A stretch of 32,000 nt of DNA from the NCBI GenBank assembly GCA_000166095.1, contig CP002278.1, positions 1,140,001-1,172,000 of the forward strand. Reading direction: 5' to 3'. Positions 27,085 through 32,000 of the stretch are shown in pieces (the stretch's first letter is position 1; every line of letters starts with the position of its first letter). Below the pieces are notes generated by a model. That model ran no database searches, had not been told where the DNA came from, and was given only the letters and a program-made list of their open reading frames with translations. The position numbers and the translations under genes are program-made. The stretch comes from Methanothermus fervidus DSM 2088. GTDB taxonomy: Archaea > Methanobacteriota > Methanobacteria > DSM-2088 > Methanothermaceae.

Positions 27085-27563
27085 AATTTGTATCCAATAT
27101 CTCTAAGAAATTTCTTTCGCTTTTTTATATCTTTTTCTTTTTCAACTCCAACTGGAGTATATCCATCAACAACTCCTATTATACTACGACCTTGATCTGT
27201 CTCAACTATTAATACTTGTACAGGGTTTGCAGTAGCACATAAAATATTTACTACTTCAGGCACTGTTTTTAATCTTTGAAGTATATTTATGGGATAAGCG
27301 TTTTTTAAGTAAATAATGAAGGAATGTCCTGCACCAATTTTTTCCATGTTTTTTATTGCTATCTTTTCTAACTCTTCGTCATTTCCCACATGTCTTATTA
27401 ATCTGTCTCCAGAGGCCTCTGCAAATGCTATCCCAAATTTAGCCTGAGGAACTGTATTTACAATTGCTTCATATAAATCTTCCACAGTTTTTATAAAATG
27501 ACTTTGCCCTATTATTACATTCGTTTCTTCAGGAACGTCAATATTAATTTTCTTTATCTCCAT
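27081..27563 (-). CDS. adenosine-specific kinase family (PF04008-like) protein
   Basis: The 160-aa protein carries [16 protein letters not shown]...[10 protein letters not shown]...[10 protein letters not shown]...ATANPVQV...GVVDG, as I recall for this conserved archaeal family. Confidence 0.65.
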   Translation of the reverse strand: MEIKKINIDVPEETNVIIGQSHFIKTVEDLYEAIVNTVPQAKFGIAFAEASGDRLIRHVGNDEELEKIAIKNMEKIGAGHSFIIYLKNAYPINILQRLKTVPEVVNILCATANPVQVLIVETDQGRSIIGVVDGYTPVGVEKEKDIKKRKKFLRDIGYKF

Positions 27564-27575
27564 GCCCTCTCCCTC

Positions 27576-27908
27576 TTAAGTTAATAACATTTTTATTGAA
27601 AGAGCCATTAATATTGTTAATGTAAGTAGAATTATAAATGATGTTTTTCTTTTCTTAGATGATAAATATAATATAACAACTATTAATGATATAAAAGTGG
27701 GAAAAGGAAGTAAATCTTTTGTAATTCTCTCAACAATTACAAAAATTAGTCCTCCTATGAAAATAGTACTCCATTCAAACGATGAATCAGTTTTAAGATA
27801 TATACCACAATATGGGCAATATTTAGCATTCCTACTTATTTTATTACCACAATTCGGACATTTCAATTTTCTCACCAAAAAATTACATGGTGTAATAATG
27901 AATGTCAT
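27576..27908 (-). CDS. zinc-ribbon membrane protein
   Basis: A CPNCG...CPYCG ribbon is followed by two hydrophobic helices. The start is uncertain: ATG 27956, ATG 27908, TTG 27878 or GTG 27875. It lies head to head with the radical SAM gene. Confidence 0.5.
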   Translation of the reverse strand: MTFIITPCNFLVRKLKCPNCGNKISRNAKYCPYCGIYLKTDSSFEWSTIFIGGLIFVIVERITKDLLPFPTFISLIVVILYLSSKKRKTSFIILLTLTILMALSIKMLLT

Positions 27909-28899
27909 TGATAAAATAAAAAACTTTAGGATACTTGAACTACTTGACAAAGCCAATGAAATTACATTGAAAAAACATGGAAATATAATAACTTTAGAAA
28001 GAGCAATTTTTCTTTCTTGGTGGTGTGAGAGAGGCGATTGTGCATTTTGTTATATGAGTACTCAAAAGAAAAGAATTAAAGATCCTAAAAAAGCTAGAAG
28101 AAATATATATTCAATATTAGCTGAAGCAGAAATATGTAAGAGAATAGGTTGGAATATTGAATTCCTGGCTGGAGGTTATGGCGCATTTACAACTGAAGAA
28201 ATTAAAGAAATAGCTGAAAAAATATATGAAATTACTGGAAAACCTGTTTGGTTAAATATTGGAATTACAACTGATCTTGATAAATATGGTGAAGAAGTAG
28301 AAGGAATAACTGGTGCATTAGAGACTGCTAATCTAGAACTCCACAAAAAAGTATGTCCAAGCAAGCCACAAGAAAAAATTCTTCAAATGTTAGAAAAAGC
28401 TGATGAACTTGGATTTAAAAAAGGAATAACCATAATACTTGGCATAGGTGAAAAAGTTGAAGATTTGAAATATCTTTTTGAAATAATAGAAAATTATAAA
28501 ATTGATAGAATTACATTTTATTCCCTAAATCCCCACAAAGGCACTATATTTGAGAATACTCCACAACCAGCATCCCTTTATTATGCAGGCACTGTAGCTG
28601 CAACAAGAATTACTTTTCCAAAATTAAAAATTATTTGTGGAACTTGGATTGATAACCTGGCTAACATAGGACCATTGATACTCGCAGGTGCTAATGGATT
28701 GACAAAGTTTCCATTATTTTCGATGTTTGGAAATAGATATGGGAAGAGAGTTGAAGAAGAAGTAAAGTGGTGCGGTAGAAAACTTAAAGGAACTTTCACA
28801 GATATAAGTCGTCTCACTAAAGGTAGTTGTGATAATAAAATTAAACCTTTTGTTGATAGATATATAATGAGATGTTTATCAAAAGCCAGGAGGAATTAA
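27898..28899 (+). CDS. radical SAM protein, BioB/HydE-like, with non-canonical Cx4Cx2C cluster motif
   Basis: Motif WWCERGDCAFCYM (Cys codons 28024, 28039, 28048) with BioB-like downstream segments (LAGGYG, ETANLELH, GITIILGIGE, ITFYSLNPHKGT). ATG 27898 is chosen because the 67 codons upstream are antisense to the neighbouring gene. Confidence 0.7.
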   Translation: MNVIDKIKNFRILELLDKANEITLKKHGNIITLERAIFLSWWCERGDCAFCYMSTQKKRIKDPKKARRNIYSILAEAEICKRIGWNIEFLAGGYGAFTTEEIKEIAEKIYEITGKPVWLNIGITTDLDKYGEEVEGITGALETANLELHKKVCPSKPQEKILQMLEKADELGFKKGITIILGIGEKVEDLKYLFEIIENYKIDRITFYSLNPHKGTIFENTPQPASLYYAGTVAATRITFPKLKIICGTWIDNLANIGPLILAGANGLTKFPLFSMFGNRYGKRVEEEVKWCGRKLKGTFTDISRLTKGSCDNKIKPFVDRYIMRCLSKARRN

Positions 28900-28906
28900 C
28901 ATTAAG

Positions 28907-30271
28907 ATGAAATGTGGATTTGAAATACACATCCAACTAAAAACAAAATCAAAACTTTTTTGCAGTTGTCCAACAAATTATCAAGACGCAGATCCTAATA
29001 CAAACGTTTGTCCAGTTTGTTTAAACCAACCAGGAGCAAAACCTTCCGCACCAAATGAAAAAGCTATAGAAAGTGCATTAAAGATAGCTTTAATGCTTGG
29101 ATGCAAAATAAACAAGGGAACTATATATTTCATGCGTAAACATTATGATTATCCAGATTTACCTTCTGGATATCAGAGGACTTCAACACCTATTGGATAT
29201 GATGGAGAACTAAATGGTATTAGAATTAGAGAAGTACATCTTGAAGAAGATCCTGGGCAATATAAGCCTGATTTAGGAGTAGTTGATTTTAATCGTTCTG
29301 GAATTCCTCTAATAGAGGTAGTTACAGAGCCTGATATAAATTCTCCAGAGGAAGCTAGGGAATTCCTTAAAGAACTTATGAGAGTTTTAGAATACAGTGA
29401 GGATGCCAGAGGAGAAGGAACTATGCGTGCAGATGTAAATGTTTCATTGGAAGGTGGTAGAAGAGTAGAGATAAAAAATATAAATTCAATAAAAGGTGCA
29501 TACAAAGCTTTAAAATTTGAAATTATGAGACAAAAAAATCTTTTAGAGAGAGGCATGGAAGTTGCTAGAGAAACAAGAGCATTTTTAGAATCTCAAATGA
29601 TAACAGTGCCTATGAGAATGAAAGAAGAAGCTGAAGATTACAGATATATACCAGATCCAGATTTACCCCCAATGAAATTTGATGAAAAGTATATTGAGAA
29701 AATAAAACAGAGTTTGCCTGAAACACCATCAATGAAAGTTAAAAGATTTGTAGAGCAATATAAAATATCAAAAGAGGATGCACACGTACTTACTTCAGAA
29801 CTTGCGTTGGCAAATGCATTTGAAGAAGTTGCAAAGGAAATTAATCCAAAATTTGCAGCACAATGGATGAGAGAAGAGTTGAAGAGAGTTCTTTCATATA
29901 ATAATATAACTTTTGCTGAGAGTGGTATCACACCAAAACAACTTATAGAATTGTTAAAAATGATACAGAACAAAGAAATAACTGTAAAAGCAGGCAAAAA
30001 AATAATTGAGCATCTACCATTTAATAAAAAATCTCCAAAAGAAATAGCAAAAGAATTAGGTCTTTTAGGCGTAATTGAAGATGAAGAAAAAATATTGAAA
30101 GCTGTTGAAAAAGCTATTAAAGACAATCCAAAAGCTGTAAATGATTATCATAATGGTAAAAAAGCAGCCTTAAATTTCTTACTTGGACAAGTCATGAAAC
30201 TTACAAAAGGAAAGGTCGATCCTCAACGAACAATGCAAATATTAAAAAGTAAGGTTGAAGAGTCAAAATAA
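28907..30271 (+). CDS. gatB: Asp-tRNA(Asn)/Glu-tRNA(Gln) amidotransferase subunit B
   Basis: N-terminal MKCGFEIHIQL..SKLFCSC plus the HLEEDPG and RADVNVS motifs. Confidence 0.95.
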   Translation: MKCGFEIHIQLKTKSKLFCSCPTNYQDADPNTNVCPVCLNQPGAKPSAPNEKAIESALKIALMLGCKINKGTIYFMRKHYDYPDLPSGYQRTSTPIGYDGELNGIRIREVHLEEDPGQYKPDLGVVDFNRSGIPLIEVVTEPDINSPEEAREFLKELMRVLEYSEDARGEGTMRADVNVSLEGGRRVEIKNINSIKGAYKALKFEIMRQKNLLERGMEVARETRAFLESQMITVPMRMKEEAEDYRYIPDPDLPPMKFDEKYIEKIKQSLPETPSMKVKRFVEQYKISKEDAHVLTSELALANAFEEVAKEINPKFAAQWMREELKRVLSYNNITFAESGITPKQLIELLKMIQNKEITVKAGKKIIEHLPFNKKSPKEIAKELGLLGVIEDEEKILKAVEKAIKDNPKAVNDYHNGKKAALNFLLGQVMKLTKGKVDPQRTMQILKSKVEESK

Positions 30272-30273
30272 AT

Positions 30274-30501
30274 ATGGCACAAAATATTATTAACATGCTT
30301 AAGTGGCATCCAAAATATGATCTCTCTAATTGCAAAATTACTTATATACATAGAGGTTCCCCAGGAAATTTAAAAACAATAAAAGGTTCAGAAATAAAAA
30401 ACATCGATAGAGGATTTATAATATTGAAGAATGATGTTGCTATTCCATATCATCGTATAGTTAAAGTTCAATGCAAAAATTTTGTATGGGAGAGGAAGTG
30501 A
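30274..30501 (+). CDS. DUF504 (UPF0248) small conserved archaeal protein
   Basis: The 75-aa protein carries KWHPKYDL...ITYIHRG.PG...IPYHRI, the pattern I recall for the MJ1316-like family. Confidence 0.6.
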   Translation: MAQNIINMLKWHPKYDLSNCKITYIHRGSPGNLKTIKGSEIKNIDRGFIILKNDVAIPYHRIVKVQCKNFVWERK

Positions 30502-30505
30502 GTCA

Positions 30506-31306
30506 ATGGCTGATAAAGCATTAGTTAAAGATTATATGACTCGGAAAGTTATATGTGTAACTCCTGAAACACCCACATCTGAGTTGGTAGAATTAATGAA
30601 AAAAACCCAGCACGATGGTTTTCCTGTTACAGATGACGGCAAACTTGTGGGAATGGTTACATCTTTTGATTTAATTACTAATCCTTCAGCAAAAAAAGTT
30701 AAAGAAATAATGTCCACCGATGTCGTGGTAACTCGAGAGAACATGACAATTCATGATGCAGCAAGAGTAATGTTTAGAGAGGGTGTATCACGTTTACCTG
30801 TTGTAAATGGAGAAGGAAAGGTTGTGGGTATAATAACCAACACAGATATAATAAGATCACATATTGAAAGATCCACCCCAACAAAAGTTAGCTATTTTAG
30901 AAATACATTAAAACAAATTTACAATGTCAAAACTGAAGTTAAAAGAAAAAGAATACCTTTAAAAAAATTGAGGCCTACACAAGGTAAAATATATGCAGAT
31001 GAATTAAAAGGAAGAACTTATGAACTTAAAAGAGGTCTTGCTGAACCTATAATAGCTGTTAAAACTGGCGATCATTACGTAATTGTAGATGGTCACCATA
31101 GAGTAGTTGCAGCTCATAAGTTAGGATATAAAGAGATAGATGCATATGTAATACACCTAGATAAGGATATAAAGCTTGGCATTGAAAAAAGCGCTGATAA
31201 AAATAAAATTTATTCAATAGACGACATAGAAGTAATTGATGAAGTACAACATCCTTTAACAACGATAACTACTGTTAAGAGGCGAAAAGATGAAGATACT
31301 AAATGA
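30506..31306 (+). CDS. CBS-pair / ParB-like nuclease (ParBc) domain fusion protein
   Basis: Two N-terminal CBS motifs ([12 protein letters not shown].., [11 protein letters not shown]..) are followed by a C-terminal ParBc core LRPTQ...[29 protein letters not shown] 30506 is preferred to TTG 30482. Confidence 0.75.
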   Translation: MADKALVKDYMTRKVICVTPETPTSELVELMKKTQHDGFPVTDDGKLVGMVTSFDLITNPSAKKVKEIMSTDVVVTRENMTIHDAARVMFREGVSRLPVVNGEGKVVGIITNTDIIRSHIERSTPTKVSYFRNTLKQIYNVKTEVKRKRIPLKKLRPTQGKIYADELKGRTYELKRGLAEPIIAVKTGDHYVIVDGHHRVVAAHKLGYKEIDAYVIHLDKDIKLGIEKSADKNKIYSIDDIEVIDEVQHPLTTITTVKRRKDEDTK

Positions 31307-31571
31307 AGTATATAAAGTGCTTGAAGATAGGCGTGATAACCCTATTGATTCTTATAGTTCACGCTTAATGCAAGATAATGGTAAGGCTGCTGAAGATAAA
31401 ATATTAGAGAAAATTGGTGAAGAATGTGCAGAATTAATAATAGCATCTAAAAACAATGAAAACATTGTGGAAGAAGCTGCTGATTTGATTTTTCATGTGT
31501 TAGTATTACTTGTGTATAAAGGTATAAAACTTGAAGAACTTTCTAAAGAATTTTTAAGGAGAAGAAGGTGA
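31290..31571 (+). CDS. hisE: phosphoribosyl-ATP pyrophosphatase
   Basis: MazG-like helical motif [12 protein letters not shown]...[14 protein letters not shown], ~93 aa. Confidence 0.85.
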   Translation: MKILNEVYKVLEDRRDNPIDSYSSRLMQDNGKAAEDKILEKIGEECAELIIASKNNENIVEEAADLIFHVLVLLVYKGIKLEELSKEFLRRRR

Positions 31572-32000
31572 ATTTATTTGTTTTAATATTTTTAATGCAA
31601 AAGCCGCAGCTCCAAAACCATTATCAATATTAACAACAACTACGCCAGGTACACAAGATTGGAGCATAGAAAGCAGAGCTGCAATGCCTTTTCCACCTGC
31701 ACCATATCCAACAGATGTTGGGACAGCAATCACAGGTAAATCAACTAAACCTGCGACAACAGATGGTAATGCGCCTTCCATACCAGCTACGACTATTAAA
31801 AGTTGTACATTCTTCTTTATTAATTTTCTCAAATATCTAAATAATCTATGTATGCCTGCTATCCCTACATCATACACCATAGACACTTTACAACCCATCT
31901 CTTCAAGTATTATTTTTGCTTCTTCAGCAACAGGTATATCGGCAGTGCCACCAGTAATTATACCTACATGACCTTCTACCACTTTTTCATGTTTTCCAAC
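31554..32000 (-). CDS. larB: LarB-like (PurE-fold) nickel-pincer cofactor biosynthesis protein, C-terminal part (gene starts beyond window end)
   Basis: [16 protein letters not shown]...[16 protein letters not shown]...[11 protein letters not shown] matches the LarB/AIR-carboxylase-like family. The frame remains open through nt 32000. Confidence 0.8.
   Translation of the reverse strand, partial: VGKHEKVVEGHVGIITGGTADIPVAEEAKIILEEMGCKVSMVYDVGIAGIHRLFRYLRKLIKKNVQLLIVVAGMEGALPSVVAGLVDLPVIAVPTSVGYGAGGKGIAALLSMLQSCVPGVVVVNIDNGFGAAAFALKILKQINSPSSP

Noticed and set aside
27697-27897. 67-codon N-terminal extension of the radical SAM ORF (track start 27697).
   Set aside because: The extension is antisense to the zinc-ribbon/TM gene and has no radical SAM-like sequence. 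The family-like N-terminus begins at ATG 27898.
1-32000. Searched for CRISPR arrays, tRNA/rRNA genes, IS elements/transposases, integrases and toxin-antitoxin or other defence genes.
   Set aside because: I saw no regularly spaced direct repeats of 25-40 nt, no strongly G/C-rich blocks of the kind that mark structural RNAs in AT-rich hyperthermophile genomes, and no transposase, integrase or defence-type ORFs in any frame. The window is core chromosome.

Overview
Dense, AT-rich core chromosome of a pseudomurein-containing methanogen (Methanobacteriales). The 69-aa histone at 6506-6715 matches my recollection of HMfB of Methanothermus fervidus residue for residue, so I think the window comes from that organism or a very close relative; a BLAST is needed to confirm. 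I can support about 41 protein-coding genes, almost all housekeeping. They cover translation (trpS, gatB, aIF5A, endA), amino-acid synthesis (thrC, argG, aroE, hisE), the polyamine/hypusine pathway (pdaD, speB), NAD(P) homeostasis (NADP phosphatase, NAD kinase, Nnr), tetrapyrrole/F430 synthesis (hemC, cfbE-like), lipid saturation (GGR plus ferredoxin) and a class II ribonucleotide reductase. Genes are tightly packed, with many 1-19 nt overlaps. I found no rRNA, tRNA, CRISPR array, transposon or recognisable defence island. The only mobile element is a 203-aa intein splitting the catalytic NPC|GE motif of the RNR. I do not see a clear-cut novel system. The best leads are: (1) a bacterial-type MurT/GatD-like amidotransferase pair in an archaeon; (2) the RNR intein, which carries an extra segment that looks like an endonuclease remnant; (3) an unexplained 256-bp convergent intergenic region, locally G/C-enriched, with repeated AATCC motifs and hairpins; (4) a BioB-like radical SAM protein with a non-canonical Cx4Cx2C motif; (5) a 53-aa ferredoxin gene missing from the ORF track; (6) an oxidoreductase whose Rossmann motif lies upstream of its first ATG. 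All family assignments come from motif recognition by eye and none was checked against a database.
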